This document shows, one piece after another, positions 7,144-17,242 of a stretch of 64,000 nt of DNA. Numbering within the stretch: position 1 is the stretch's first letter; each line of letters opens with the position of its first letter. The stretch comes from a virus (Duplodnaviria > Caudoviricetes). Location: IMG/VR virus record IMGVR_UViG_3300042350_003801; one strand, written 5' to 3'. The position numbers and the translations under genes were made by a program. The notes under the pieces were generated by a model that was given only the letters and a program-made list of their open reading frames with translations, was not told the DNA's origin and ran no database searches.

Positions 7144-8334
7144 TTAAAGTTTAAAGTTTGCAAAGGCTGTAGGACTAACATCTTGTTTAATTCCACCAAC
7201 AACATAACTCGAGATATTCTCTTCTTGTGGTGGAACTTGTTCATTTCTACTATTTAACCATTTCTCGGTCCAGGGTAATGGATTATTCTTAGATGAAATA
7301 TCATACAGGGGTTTAAATCCAATGGCTCGCATTCTACGATTGGCAATCCATTCAATGTAATTGCAAAGTAGTTTTTCGCTGAGTCCGATCATTGATCCAT
7401 CTTTAAAAAGGTAATGAGCCCAATTTTTTTCTTCATTTACCGTATTTTCAAACATACGGTAACAAAGTGCTTCTTCTTCTCTGGCTATCTGAACCATATC
7501 TAGGTCATCGCCATTTCTCCATTTAGTGAGGATATTCTGAGTTAAGAATAGATGAAGTCTTTCATCAAGGGCAATTTTAGAAATAATTTTTGCCGAACCT
7601 TCCATTAGTTCGCGTTCGCCAAATGCGAAACTACAGGCAAAAGAGATATAAAAACGAATGCCTTCTAAAATGTTAACATTCATCACCGCCCGGTAAAGTT
7701 TCCGCTTTAGTTCATAAAGCTCTTGCTTTCCCAATGGAACTCCTTCATTATTAAATTTCCATAGTTCAGATGAACCATACTGTTGAGCAGAATTAATAAA
7801 ATCATCATAAGATGCAGTAACACTAGATGCTCGCTCTAGAATCTTCTCATCATCAATAATGTGGTCAAACACTTCTGACGGGTTGCTGGTATAGACATTC
7901 TTAATAATGTATGTATAAGAATAACTATGAACCATCTCCATAAACTGCCAGGCAATCATACAAGATTCTAGTTCTGGCAAAGAGCAATAAGGAATGAAAG
8001 CCATTCCTGGACCTCTTCCTTGAACTGAATCCAACATAATCTGATACTTCAGATTGGAAGTAAAAATATGCTTTTGATATGGAGAAAGTTTTAAATAATC
8101 AGTGCGATCTTTTTGAAGTGGAAACTCTTCTGGTCTCCAAAATGCACCCAGTTGATCCTGCGTAAGGCGATAAAATGCAGGATATTTATGGACATCATAT
8201 CTTTGAACTCCTAGGGGTTTCCCAAAGAACATTTTCTCTTTTGTTGTATCTACGTTTGTTGAATTAAAAACGGTCATTCCCGTAACCTCAGATGCTACAT
8301 CCTTCACAATAATCCTCTCCTTCACTTGTTTCAA
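7144..8334 (-). CDS. nrdB: ribonucleotide reductase class Ia beta subunit
   Basis: AFWRPEE, LDSVQGR, EMVHSYSY, EGIRFY, DERLH iron-centre motifs. Confidence 0.97.
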   Translation of the reverse strand: MKQVKERIIVKDVASEVTGMTVFNSTNVDTTKEKMFFGKPLGVQRYDVHKYPAFYRLTQDQLGAFWRPEEFPLQKDRTDYLKLSPYQKHIFTSNLKYQIMLDSVQGRGPGMAFIPYCSLPELESCMIAWQFMEMVHSYSYTYIIKNVYTSNPSEVFDHIIDDEKILERASSVTASYDDFINSAQQYGSSELWKFNNEGVPLGKQELYELKRKLYRAVMNVNILEGIRFYISFACSFAFGERELMEGSAKIISKIALDERLHLFLTQNILTKWRNGDDLDMVQIAREEEALCYRMFENTVNEEKNWAHYLFKDGSMIGLSEKLLCNYIEWIANRRMRAIGFKPLYDISSKNNPLPWTEKWLNSRNEQVPPQEENISSYVVGGIKQDVSPTAFANFKL

Positions 8335-11086
8335 TAGTATTAATCAAATTTTCTAGTTCGTTTACCTGTTCAAGTTCCACTTCAGCAGAATCAGAATCCT
8401 TCTTACTATCGTATGTATTATGATAATACAGCGTCTTGACCCCCATCTTGTATGCATAAAGAACTTCGCCGAGAATAAGACTCATTGGGACTTCCTTATC
8501 GGGGAACATCTCTGGATTGTATGCAGTATTGGCACTGATTGACTGGTCAATAAACTTTTGAAGAACCGCAACAATGTTAAGATAACCAATATTAGACGGG
8601 GCATCCCATAGTAGACTATAATTATTCTTTAAAGATGAATATTGTGGAACAATTTGCTTAAGTCTACGCTTAACCGATAGATGTTCTCTTGGCATTTCAA
8701 TACCATTTGGGGCATTTAACATCAGGCTTGATGATTCACCGGGCATCGCACAACTGAGAGTAGAATGTCTCAAGCCATATTGTATAATGTCTTGCCGCAG
8801 TTGTTCCCAATCGTGCTGTAGTGGAACCGAACAAATTTCATCAACATCTTTCTTGTAAGTATCAATAGGAAGAATACCATCTGCATACTTCGTTCTACCA
8901 AAGTATTCACAATGGCCGCGTTCTTGTGCAATCTTATTAGATGCCCTTAAAAGGAAGTATTGAATACTTTCACCCAGTCTATGGCAACTATCCCAGGCCG
9001 ATTGTTCGTGATAAGATTGACCAAGTTTAGCAAGATAGTGAGCCAGACCCATAATACCAATTCCTAGAGACCTTCTCGCCCTTGTTGAAATTTCCGCAGC
9101 CTTAACAAGATAATCTTGCCATTCAATCAACTCTTCAAGAGCCCTTACAATCAATTCACAGCACTCCTCTAGTTCCTTATCGTTTTTGATTGTTCCAACA
9201 TTCAGTCCTCCGAGAATACACAAAGAAATTTCTGCCAGTTCATCTTCAAGGCTTTGAATAGGATGAACCGGCAAAGTTACCTCGACACAGTTATGAACCA
9301 AAATTCCATTTGCAAAGAAGTTATGCGTTCCCTCTACTGTAATGTCATAGACTGGGATTTCTTCTTCTAGGTATTCAATAGTTCTATATTTATTTTTAAC
9401 TTTTTTAATTCCATCATCCCATAGAACAACTAGCTGATCTGTCCCCTGAATATCTTTTGCCTCAACATACCCACGATTTTCTGTGAAGACTTTATGCTCA
9501 GGTGTTAAAATAACCCGACCATCATTAAGAGACAATACTTTCGCGCTGGGAGATGTTTGAGCAAATGCTGTGATTGGACTCCAAACTCTTTCACCTTTTT
9601 CAGTATCGTAAGAAAGAACTTGAATTTTAGGAACATCGCTTTCTTTGCGAAATGAAACCTCTCTTTCTCTATCGAGAAAATAATCCTCCAACTCTCGAAT
9701 CTCAATTTCAGCACTGCATAGTTCCCAACAGGAACCAATGGATACTGGATACTCAATTCTAATTTTGGTGTCACCAGCAACACAGAGGTTGCTCATACTA
9801 ATATGGTCTTTAAAAGAACTATGAGTATTGCAATGGTCAATATTCATAATGTAAATGCGACCAGTTTCGCTTCTTTCTTTGAGAATATTCAAAATAAGTT
9901 CCTGGGCTTTTACTTTACGCTTAGGAATAGTCGGATCATTCTCATATTGAACATAAAGGTCATCAAAACGTTCAGTTCCAAACGATTCTTCTAGATTGGG
10001 AACGTGGTGAGGAGAAAATAGAGTAATTTCTCCATCTTGAATATAACGCTCATAGAATAGTTTTGAAATCTTGATTGCATAATCAATATTTCTCACTCTG
10101 TTTTCATCATTGCCCTTATTATTCTTAAGGACAATAATATCTTCAATCTCTTGATGCCAAATGCTAACGTATGCCGTCATACTCCCTTTTCTTACGCCAC
10201 CTTGATGGCAAGATTCAAGAGACGCCTGAAACTTTTTAAGATATGGAATCAAACCCGATGAAATAACTTTACCCTTACGAATTTTACTCCTAATGCCACG
10301 AATTTTACTAACGTCAATACCAACACCGGCTCCACCTGAAACGTATTTCATCATTGCTCCATCAGATGCAATGATGCTGTCAAGTGTATCATCTACATCA
10401 ATGAGACAACAAGATGCAGCCTGCTTATCTGGCGTTCTGACACTTGCCATTACGGGTGTGGGCAGATTAATCTTATGCTTACTTACAACCTCATAATAAC
10501 GCTTAACATATGATAGCCTTACATCTTTTGAATAATTTGCAAAGATTGTAAGAGCAATCATAATATACATAAACTGAGGCGTCTCGAAGACCTGTTTAGT
10601 ATCACGGTCTTGAACAAGATATTTATCTTCAGCCTGCTTAAGACCAGCATAGGTGAAAAGAAAATCTCGGTCGTGGTCAATGAAAGAATTTACGGTATCA
10701 ATTTCTTCTTTTGAATATTTGGTGTAAATATCTGCATCATAATATTCTCGGGCAATGCAAAAATTAATATGTTCTTCAAGATGTGGCATATCAATACGGC
10801 CACCGTATAAACGCTTACGAATAGAAAAAAGAAGCAATCTAGCCGCAACATATTGATAATTTGGATGGTCCAAACTGATTAAATCCGATGCAGACTTAAC
10901 AAGAATCTGCTGAATTTCATCAGTTGTAATTCCAGCATAAAACTGAAGACCAGAGTTCATTTCAATCTGCGAGGCAGATACATTGGCCAAACCAACGCAA
11001 GCACAATTCACCATATCGTGAATTTTTTCTAGCATCAATGGCTCAACATTGCCATTGCGCTTAACTACAGTAATACCATTGCTCAT
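8288..11086 (-). CDS. nrdA: ribonucleotide reductase class Ia alpha subunit with intein
   Basis: ATP cone, PTPV, SCCL, SNL-[intein]-CVE, C-terminal CEGC; ATG at 11086 overlaps the primase stop. Confidence 0.97.
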   Translation of the reverse strand: MSNGITVVKRNGNVEPLMLEKIHDMVNCACVGLANVSASQIEMNSGLQFYAGITTDEIQQILVKSASDLISLDHPNYQYVAARLLLFSIRKRLYGGRIDMPHLEEHINFCIAREYYDADIYTKYSKEEIDTVNSFIDHDRDFLFTYAGLKQAEDKYLVQDRDTKQVFETPQFMYIMIALTIFANYSKDVRLSYVKRYYEVVSKHKINLPTPVMASVRTPDKQAASCCLIDVDDTLDSIIASDGAMMKYVSGGAGVGIDVSKIRGIRSKIRKGKVISSGLIPYLKKFQASLESCHQGGVRKGSMTAYVSIWHQEIEDIIVLKNNKGNDENRVRNIDYAIKISKLFYERYIQDGEITLFSPHHVPNLEESFGTERFDDLYVQYENDPTIPKRKVKAQELILNILKERSETGRIYIMNIDHCNTHSSFKDHISMSNLCVAGDTKIRIEYPVSIGSCWELCSAEIEIRELEDYFLDREREVSFRKESDVPKIQVLSYDTEKGERVWSPITAFAQTSPSAKVLSLNDGRVILTPEHKVFTENRGYVEAKDIQGTDQLVVLWDDGIKKVKNKYRTIEYLEEEIPVYDITVEGTHNFFANGILVHNCVEVTLPVHPIQSLEDELAEISLCILGGLNVGTIKNDKELEECCELIVRALEELIEWQDYLVKAAEISTRARRSLGIGIMGLAHYLAKLGQSYHEQSAWDSCHRLGESIQYFLLRASNKIAQERGHCEYFGRTKYADGILPIDTYKKDVDEICSVPLQHDWEQLRQDIIQYGLRHSTLSCAMPGESSSLMLNAPNGIEMPREHLSVKRRLKQIVPQYSSLKNNYSLLWDAPSNIGYLNIVAVLQKFIDQSISANTAYNPEMFPDKEVPMSLILGEVLYAYKMGVKTLYYHNTYDSKKDSDSAEVELEQVNELENLINTIETSEGEDYCEGCSI
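9290..9784 (-). mobile_element. mini-intein in NrdA (165 aa, no endonuclease)
   Basis: CVAGDT...TPEHKVFT...VYDITVEGTHNFFANGILVHN/C. Confidence 0.93.
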
Positions 11087-12057
11087 TTTTTCTTCCATTC
11101 GTTAAAGTTGAGATTTGCTAAAAGACCAGTATAGATGTTTTCTTTAATTATCTGGTTTACATCCAAACCAGAAAGAACCATTAGATTAACGTCCTTTTGT
11201 TTTACGTTTTTGGGCCAGATTACTAATGGTAGATTTTGGGCAATGGTTCTTTCCATTCTATCAACAATCTCTTTATTTCTGGGTTCGTTATCGTAAATGT
11301 AAATTGGTTGTTTGATATTTAGTTTTGCTAGGTCTACATCCGCTCCACACATCGCAATGGAGTTACTGATAAAATAGGAATCAAATGGACCCTCAAGAAT
11401 GTAAACCGGTTCATTATTATCTATGCTATCATAATTGTATACCTTTGGGGCATTTTCATCTAGCATAATCGTGATATATTTAATTGTAGATTTACCCAAA
11501 GTTCTTCCCTGAATACCAATTAGCTCTTTATGGTAGTAAAGAGGAATGATTAGTCTTTCTTCTTCGTAAAACAATGCCCGTTTATTAAACGTTGGCTTTA
11601 AAGTGTTGACCCACTTTTTAAACTCTTTGGCATAATAAAACTTTGTTGCATCTATATTTCTAGATTCAAGATAAGACCTCGTTATTTCTTCTTCGGATGC
11701 TTTTGGTAGGTTTATTCTTGCTCTAAAAATTGGCTTGGGATTTTCAAACTTGGGTGCAGTTGTTACGAAGTTCTTACCGGTTAGTCCTTTCTTATATTTT
11801 GCTAAAGAATAGTCTTCATGTAGAGTGGGGTCTACTTGTTTTAGATAATTATTAAAAGAAACATTTATGCCACAGTTATGGCACTTATAGTTTGTGTTAT
11901 TTCCCTTTTCATAAAAGTAACCACGAGCTTTTGTTTTATTTTTCTGGGAATCTCCGCAGATATTACATCTACAATTATAGAGGCCGGGTTTTATCTTTTT
12001 AAATTTTTCTAAGCGTGTTGATAAGAGATTAATATAATAGTCGTCTATGGCATCCAT
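11083..12057 (-). CDS. 61: DNA primase gp61
   Basis: CRCNICGDS..CHNCG zinc finger, EGPFDS Toprim motif. Confidence 0.95.
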   Translation of the reverse strand: MDAIDDYYINLLSTRLEKFKKIKPGLYNCRCNICGDSQKNKTKARGYFYEKGNNTNYKCHNCGINVSFNNYLKQVDPTLHEDYSLAKYKKGLTGKNFVTTAPKFENPKPIFRARINLPKASEEEITRSYLESRNIDATKFYYAKEFKKWVNTLKPTFNKRALFYEEERLIIPLYYHKELIGIQGRTLGKSTIKYITIMLDENAPKVYNYDSIDNNEPVYILEGPFDSYFISNSIAMCGADVDLAKLNIKQPIYIYDNEPRNKEIVDRMERTIAQNLPLVIWPKNVKQKDVNLMVLSGLDVNQIIKENIYTGLLANLNFNEWKKK

Positions 12058-12468
12058 TCATCCCCTGTCAAGGACCCTTATCATAGCACGTTCCGCTGGT
12101 TTTGTCAAGTCCCCCTTAAAAAGGCCGATGATTGGAGGAAGGGCAATGAATAAAAAATTCAGGGCTAAAACGATACCAATGCCAATATTAACCTTATCCT
12201 GCAACCCTTTAATTACACCCAAAACCTCTTCTTTATCAGTATTCATTTTTGTAGTGAGCCCTCGTATCCCCTCTTCTACCTTTCGGTTAATATCATCTCC
12301 CCTTTGTTGCTGCTGTTCAATTTTTACTTGGTGGACAGCAAAAAGTTCACTGATTCTTACGTTTACCTTGCTAATTTCCGAGATTGCTTCTCTTAGCGTT
12401 GCCATCTCCTTTTCACTATTTTCCTGACTCCTTTCAAGTAGAGCCAAACGAACAGATTCTTCTTGCAT
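12058..12468 (-). CDS. hypothetical coiled-coil protein with C-terminal TM segment
   Basis: ORF track. Confidence 0.6.
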   Translation of the reverse strand: MQEESVRLALLERSQENSEKEMATLREAISEISKVNVRISELFAVHQVKIEQQQQRGDDINRKVEEGIRGLTTKMNTDKEEVLGVIKGLQDKVNIGIGIVLALNFLFIALPPIIGLFKGDLTKPAERAMIRVLDRG

Positions 12469-12529
12469 TGTGTGCTCCGTGGAGATGTTTATCTCACAAA
12501 AATATCCATAAAGTTATAACTATTTAGGG

Positions 12530-12763
12530 TCATAGTAACCCAGATGTGCGGAGCCATGCATCATAATGCCTCTTATAATTTTTACTTCTTCTATCAACTA
12601 AACCAGATTTTCTTTTCATTAAACCCATTACTGGGTCATATCCGGCTCTTGGGTCTTTTGAGTCTGCCCCAAATCCACCACCTTCTCCAGCAGAGTTAGC
12701 GGTCATTAAATCTTCTCGTATAATTACTATTACTCTATCTAGCGGTGTCATCTTCAATTCCAA
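12530..12763 (-). CDS. hypothetical protein
   Basis: ORF track; AGYDPVMG motif typical of T4-like cyanophage small proteins. Confidence 0.6.
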   Translation of the reverse strand: MELKMTPLDRVIVIIREDLMTANSAGEGGGFGADSKDPRAGYDPVMGLMKRKSGLVDRRSKNYKRHYDAWLRTSGLL

Positions 12764-13124
12764 GAAGTTCTCGTTTACAGTATTGGTCTTCTTCTAATTG
12801 GTGAATGTAACCTTTTGGATACTCTGGAAGACGGTTTAAAAATACAATAAATGTCTTAATCGTATTCCACATTTCAAAGTCGTTTTTAAATAATAACATT
12901 GGAGTCGTTGCCTCCCCAAAAATATTATAAAGTATCACAAAATGATTGAGTAGAAGATGAACTTTTAAATCCCCAGTTTTTTTATATTTTTTAAGAAGAC
13001 GTTTAACATACTTAAAGTGATTTAAGTCTTTATCAAAGTCTTCTTTTGTTATTGCCTGGGGATTTTCATAATTTTTTATGGCAAAAAGAAGAAAATTTTC
13101 TTCATTCAATTCATTAAATTGCAT
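12735..13124 (-). CDS. conserved T4-like hypothetical protein
   Basis: ELNEENFLLFAIKNYENPQ..HLLLNH..LYNIFG. Confidence 0.75.
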   Translation of the reverse strand: MQFNELNEENFLLFAIKNYENPQAITKEDFDKDLNHFKYVKRLLKKYKKTGDLKVHLLLNHFVILYNIFGEATTPMLLFKNDFEMWNTIKTFIVFLNRLPEYPKGYIHQLEEDQYCKRELLGIEDDTAR

Positions 13125-13131
13125 TTAGAGG

Positions 13132-13902
13132 TCAGGCAAAGATTGTAAGAGTTGTGGTGCCAATACCTACTCCAGAACCAAAAGCCCCCGCACCGCCAAC
13201 ATTGCGAATCATATCGGCAGTAAATGTGGAAGTTACTCCAACACCACCCGAGAAGTCTGTAATAACTCCAATAAAACCTCTACTGGTGTCAATCCTAAGA
13301 ACTGAACCAATACCAGTTGCAGGAGCAGTGAATGCAAAGGCAACACGATTGGTAATTTGGCCATTATAACTCGTGAATGTTCTAAATGATTGACCATTAA
13401 CAAAATTGGTTACGGTTGAACCGCTTGCAAATGAACGAGCAGTTGCAACAATTGGGGTGCCAGTTAGAGTGCCAGTAGCAGTAAATTGATTAATAAGCAC
13501 CGTTGCACCAGCAGAAACGTTTACAATTTCGTTAAAAACTAGATGCACAGAACCATTTCTACCGGTTCCAATACCAGAGGTGCCGCCAGCACCAATGGAA
13601 ATAGGCGAGGATAGGTTTGGGTCTTCAAAAAATACCGCTACAGGAGTTGCGAGACCAAGACCAGTAGTATTTGAACCAACACCAACGGTATTAAGACCTG
13701 CAACCGGCACTAGAATTTCATCATAATAAGAAGTGGAAAGGCCAGAATGATCGTTACTTCCATAGATACGATAAATCCAACCTCTTTCATCCGCAAAGCA
13801 GTTATGTGGTGTTTTGTTTTTGTCCACATCGCGCAGAAACTTAGGAATACCATACCGGTTGGCAGCGGTTTCAGTAGTTGTTGAAATTCCCCAGAGAGCC
13901 AT
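13132..13902 (-). CDS. probable virion structural protein
   Basis: MALWG start, Gly/Thr-rich beta-type sequence. Confidence 0.6.
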   Translation of the reverse strand: MALWGISTTTETAANRYGIPKFLRDVDKNKTPHNCFADERGWIYRIYGSNDHSGLSTSYYDEILVPVAGLNTVGVGSNTTGLGLATPVAVFFEDPNLSSPISIGAGGTSGIGTGRNGSVHLVFNEIVNVSAGATVLINQFTATGTLTGTPIVATARSFASGSTVTNFVNGQSFRTFTSYNGQITNRVAFAFTAPATGIGSVLRIDTSRGFIGVITDFSGGVGVTSTFTADMIRNVGGAGAFGSGVGIGTTTLTIFA

Positions 13903-13971
13903 TAATATTACCTTAAATAGTATTTGCTAAGAATTATTTATGCGAATTTTTTATTACAAAAAAGCGGAGAA

Positions 13972-14145
13972 TTAATCTCCGCTTTTGTTATTTTTAGTTG
14001 CTGCTATTAAAAAATTTCTGACAAATTGATAGACATTGTTTGCCTTAATTTTCTTGTTCTGGCCAAGAAATTCAGAGAAGGCAAAAAGCAACCCAAGAAG
14101 AAGCGTAATGCCAGAATTAAGAGCAATACAAGCGGCTAATGACAT
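13972..14145 (-). CDS. small membrane protein, possibly holin-like (57 aa)
   Basis: MSLAACIALNSGITLLLGLLFAFSEFLGQNKKIKANNVYQ; translated by eye. Confidence 0.45.
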   Translation of the reverse strand: MSLAACIALNSGITLLLGLLFAFSEFLGQNKKIKANNVYQFVRNFLIAATKNNKSGD

Positions 14146-14303
14146 CAGACTTTGAGTTCAGAACGAACGAATTGAACTAGAGCATTATCAATCTTGTTAT
14201 CAGTAGAAGCAGCATAACGCTCAAGAAGAGCAACTACTAGGGCACGGGCTTCCCTGGAATCCCAGAACCACTTAACAACAACGCCAGCGAATTTGGTGAG
14301 CAT
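14145..14303 (-). CDS. small hypothetical protein (52 aa, ...STDNKIDNALVQFV...)
   Basis: RBS AAGGAG; stop overlaps the next ATG. Confidence 0.55.
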   Translation of the reverse strand: MLTKFAGVVVKWFWDSREARALVVALLERYAASTDNKIDNALVQFVRSELKV

Positions 14304-14334
14304 AATTATATCTCCTTAGTTAGGGTATAATTAT

Positions 14335-14727
14335 TTAGGAGTTTTGCACTCTCCTCGCTGCCCGTTGCGCACTTCTTGCTCGGGCTTTTTCAGCTTTTTC
14401 TCTTTTCTCTTTCTGTGTAGGATCTTGTCGTTGGGCAGCTAGAATTTCGGCGGCTTTAGCTAATTTTGCATTTTTGTCTTGTTCAGCGGTTTGAGATGCT
14501 TGTTGGGCTTCTCTCTGTCTTTTAATGTCTAGCTGAGCCGCCGAGGCAGTAGTTCCGGTTCCAGCAGGTAGATTTGAAAGGCGTTGGGTTCTATCTTTCT
14601 CTTCTTTACTTCTTCTCGTTGAAGAGACATTTATTGTTCCGTGTGCTCCCCGTAGAAACCGCCCAGAGCCTTTAATATCTCTTTGAGATGCGTGAGCTTC
14701 ACCAAAAAACTGTTCAAATGTTTTCAT
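14335..14727 (-). CDS. probable head-internal protein with capsid-targeting sequence
   Basis: N-terminus MKTFEQFFGEA. Confidence 0.55.
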   Translation of the reverse strand: MKTFEQFFGEAHASQRDIKGSGRFLRGAHGTINVSSTRRSKEEKDRTQRLSNLPAGTGTTASAAQLDIKRQREAQQASQTAEQDKNAKLAKAAEILAAQRQDPTQKEKREKAEKARARSAQRAARRVQNS

Positions 14728-15971
14728 TCTTCTTTCTTATTAGGAAGACCTTTATGCTTAGTCGCGGCAAACTTACGAATTTCTGCCCCGGACATACCAT
14801 CAACAATTTCTAAAACTTTATCGCTGACTTTTGAGCGGGAAACTTCTCCGCGCTTAACGGAAAGTGCCAAGCCAAAGATTTTTTGCTGCTGCTCGCTTGT
14901 TGCTTTTTCTACAAGAAAGTCATATCTTTCAGTCAATTGGCCTAGAGTGCAATCAGAAAGGTCGTAGCCTTCATCCATTAACCGCTCAACCCATTCTCTA
15001 AATTCTGGCTTATAGAAAGCAGCCTTAAGAGCAGCCCCAATTTGTCCGCCAAATCCTTTACCAGAGGCTTTTGCTTTTTTGCTAGCTTCTCTTGCCCTAA
15101 TGTCTCTATCAATTCCTTCTCTTGCAGATTGGGCTAAAGTTGAAAATACTCCTCTTGTTACATTTTTAAGTTTCTCTTTATTTGCACCGGGAGCTTTCTT
15201 AGATTCAGGTTGCTGGCTTACTGCAGCTTTAACGGCTTCATCACCTTTACTTTGAGTCATCCTCTTAGCGAGGACTTCTTTATGTTTTTCCTTACTCTCA
15301 GCGTTTAGAGCTTTTCGTTTTGCCTCAAGAGCCTTAAGTTCAGCGGGAGTTCTTTTAGTCTTAGTTGCTTCAGTAAGAATACTATCTTCGGCAACATAGA
15401 GCACATACTCCAGAAACTTTTCTTCACCAAGATAATCAATAACCATTTCAAGGCCGTGTTCATTTAGACCTTTACTCGCAAAATATTCAGCAGCAAAGTT
15501 TGAGGTTTCTACAATAAATTCTTCAGATAATTCTTGAGTATCAATAATTGCGAACTTTTCAGTAACAGTGGGATTTATAGTAATCTTATTTTTAACTGGC
15601 TTTTCTGAAATTTGTTCCCGGCCAATATCTCTCACCTTTGGTTCTGGTTCAAGTTTTGAGATTACTTCATAGAGGTCATCTCTCCAGCTAGAAAATGACT
15701 CCGTTTTCATATCATCTTCTTTTTTACTCTTTTTCTTTTTATCTCCGTCTTCTGTTGCATCCCTAATTGCTCTATCTTTTACGCCAGCATATTCATCGGA
15801 TTCATCTTCAACTTCACCGTCGCCGTCATAATCTTTGCTTTTTTTACCAGTCTTTTTATATTTCTTTTCAAACTTTTCACCGTAATCTTTATCTTCTTTT
15901 TCTTCATTAAGAATCTGAGTAAGATAAATATTTTTCATTTCAGAAAAACCTTGAATAATGCGGTCAGACAT
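14724..15971 (-). CDS. probable virion internal/prohead-core-like protein
   Basis: Charged low-complexity protein; C-terminal QQKIFGLALSVKRG..KFAATKHKGLP. Confidence 0.5.
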   Translation of the reverse strand: MSDRIIQGFSEMKNIYLTQILNEEKEDKDYGEKFEKKYKKTGKKSKDYDGDGEVEDESDEYAGVKDRAIRDATEDGDKKKKSKKEDDMKTESFSSWRDDLYEVISKLEPEPKVRDIGREQISEKPVKNKITINPTVTEKFAIIDTQELSEEFIVETSNFAAEYFASKGLNEHGLEMVIDYLGEEKFLEYVLYVAEDSILTEATKTKRTPAELKALEAKRKALNAESKEKHKEVLAKRMTQSKGDEAVKAAVSQQPESKKAPGANKEKLKNVTRGVFSTLAQSAREGIDRDIRAREASKKAKASGKGFGGQIGAALKAAFYKPEFREWVERLMDEGYDLSDCTLGQLTERYDFLVEKATSEQQQKIFGLALSVKRGEVSRSKVSDKVLEIVDGMSGAEIRKFAATKHKGLPNKKEE

Positions 15972-15996
15972 ATTACGTTTATTAAGAACTTATGAA

Positions 15997-17223
15997 CTAT
16001 TTAGACTTTTTCTTGCTCTTTCTATAATTGGTCAAGAAATTTGTAATCTCTTTTGTATTCGTCATTTTCATTGCATACTTACGAAGAGAATCCGTTCCAA
16101 CTAAACGCTGGTCAGATGGAACACCAGAAACATCGGTCCACTCGGTAATGTCTTTAATCCAAGACTTAAACATTATATTATCTTCTGTGACACAAATAAC
16201 ATAATTTGGCCCACGTCTTGTAATTCTACCAACTAGACCTGTATTGAGATTCTCTACAATGTCTTCAATGTTAAAAATATTATTTTGGTAGTATTGCTCT
16301 TTTAGATTTTCATAATCAAGTTTAGGGGCGATTTTCCACATCTCTGCAACCGTTCCATCACCTTCAAGGCCACGTTGAACAGCGTGAAACAAATTCTCTA
16401 CTTCTTTAGGTGGCATTGTTCTGGGAATACCGGCCCGAAACTCAGTGAAGTCATCAGAAACTGCAGCTTTTCTTAATTTTGCAGATGACATACTTGTTAT
16501 ATCATCCGTTGAATCTGGATCTCTATTACCAGCAGAAATGACTTTAATTTCTTCAAAATTATAAATATCTTTTTCTTTATTGTGCTTATTTGCAAGTCGT
16601 TCAAATTCTGATACCCTATCGGCTCCTACAATAATATTAACTTTTTTAAAGCCATCTTCATAGATATTTCTTAGAACTTCATAAATGGTTGTTAATGAAC
16701 GGTCATTAACAATTTTCTTTTTAAATTCCGGGAACATCTTCCGCATATATTTAATCTTCTGCGGAGGATTCAAAGGATCTGTAGTGGTATTCTGCTGTCT
16801 TGAGGGATAGATTCTTAGTTCTCCCCCGGATGCAACCTGTTTTGCCTTATCAAAAACTTTTTTATGTCCAATTGTCGGTGGATTGAATCTTCCCAGGACG
16901 ATCGTGATTACCTTTTCGGTTTCCACTTCTGGTGCAGATTCCTGTTCTTTGGGGGCGGTAATGCCAGGGCGAATGCCGCCTTGAGCCGGTTTAACTTTCG
17001 GGGCTTCTCTTTCTGCTGCTGGATTTATTTTGGCTTCCGGTTTTTCAGGTGATGGAGACTTTTTCTGAACAAACTGAAGGTCACCACTTACTGTTTGGGC
17101 AATAAGTTTCCCGGCACGGTCAACCCAGCCACCATGCTTGTTTGAAATTAGGCCGAGTCTGGAGGCTTTTTCACTTGCTCGGCTTCCACGGTATTCTAGT
17201 AGAAATTCTAGAAATGTCTTCAT
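15997..17223 (-). CDS. cytidylyltransferase-like (HxGH) nucleotidyltransferase
   Basis: GRFNPPTIGH, VGADR, SAGNRD, MSSAKLR; N-terminus MKTFLEFLLE. Confidence 0.85.
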   Translation of the reverse strand: MKTFLEFLLEYRGSRASEKASRLGLISNKHGGWVDRAGKLIAQTVSGDLQFVQKKSPSPEKPEAKINPAAEREAPKVKPAQGGIRPGITAPKEQESAPEVETEKVITIVLGRFNPPTIGHKKVFDKAKQVASGGELRIYPSRQQNTTTDPLNPPQKIKYMRKMFPEFKKKIVNDRSLTTIYEVLRNIYEDGFKKVNIIVGADRVSEFERLANKHNKEKDIYNFEEIKVISAGNRDPDSTDDITSMSSAKLRKAAVSDDFTEFRAGIPRTMPPKEVENLFHAVQRGLEGDGTVAEMWKIAPKLDYENLKEQYYQNNIFNIEDIVENLNTGLVGRITRRGPNYVICVTEDNIMFKSWIKDITEWTDVSGVPSDQRLVGTDSLRKYAMKMTNTKEITNFLTNYRKSKKKSK

Positions 17224-17242
17224 TATATCTTATATTTACTCC

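Noticed and set aside
7144-8334. Group I intron in nrdB as in T4
   Set aside because: The ORF is continuous and full length
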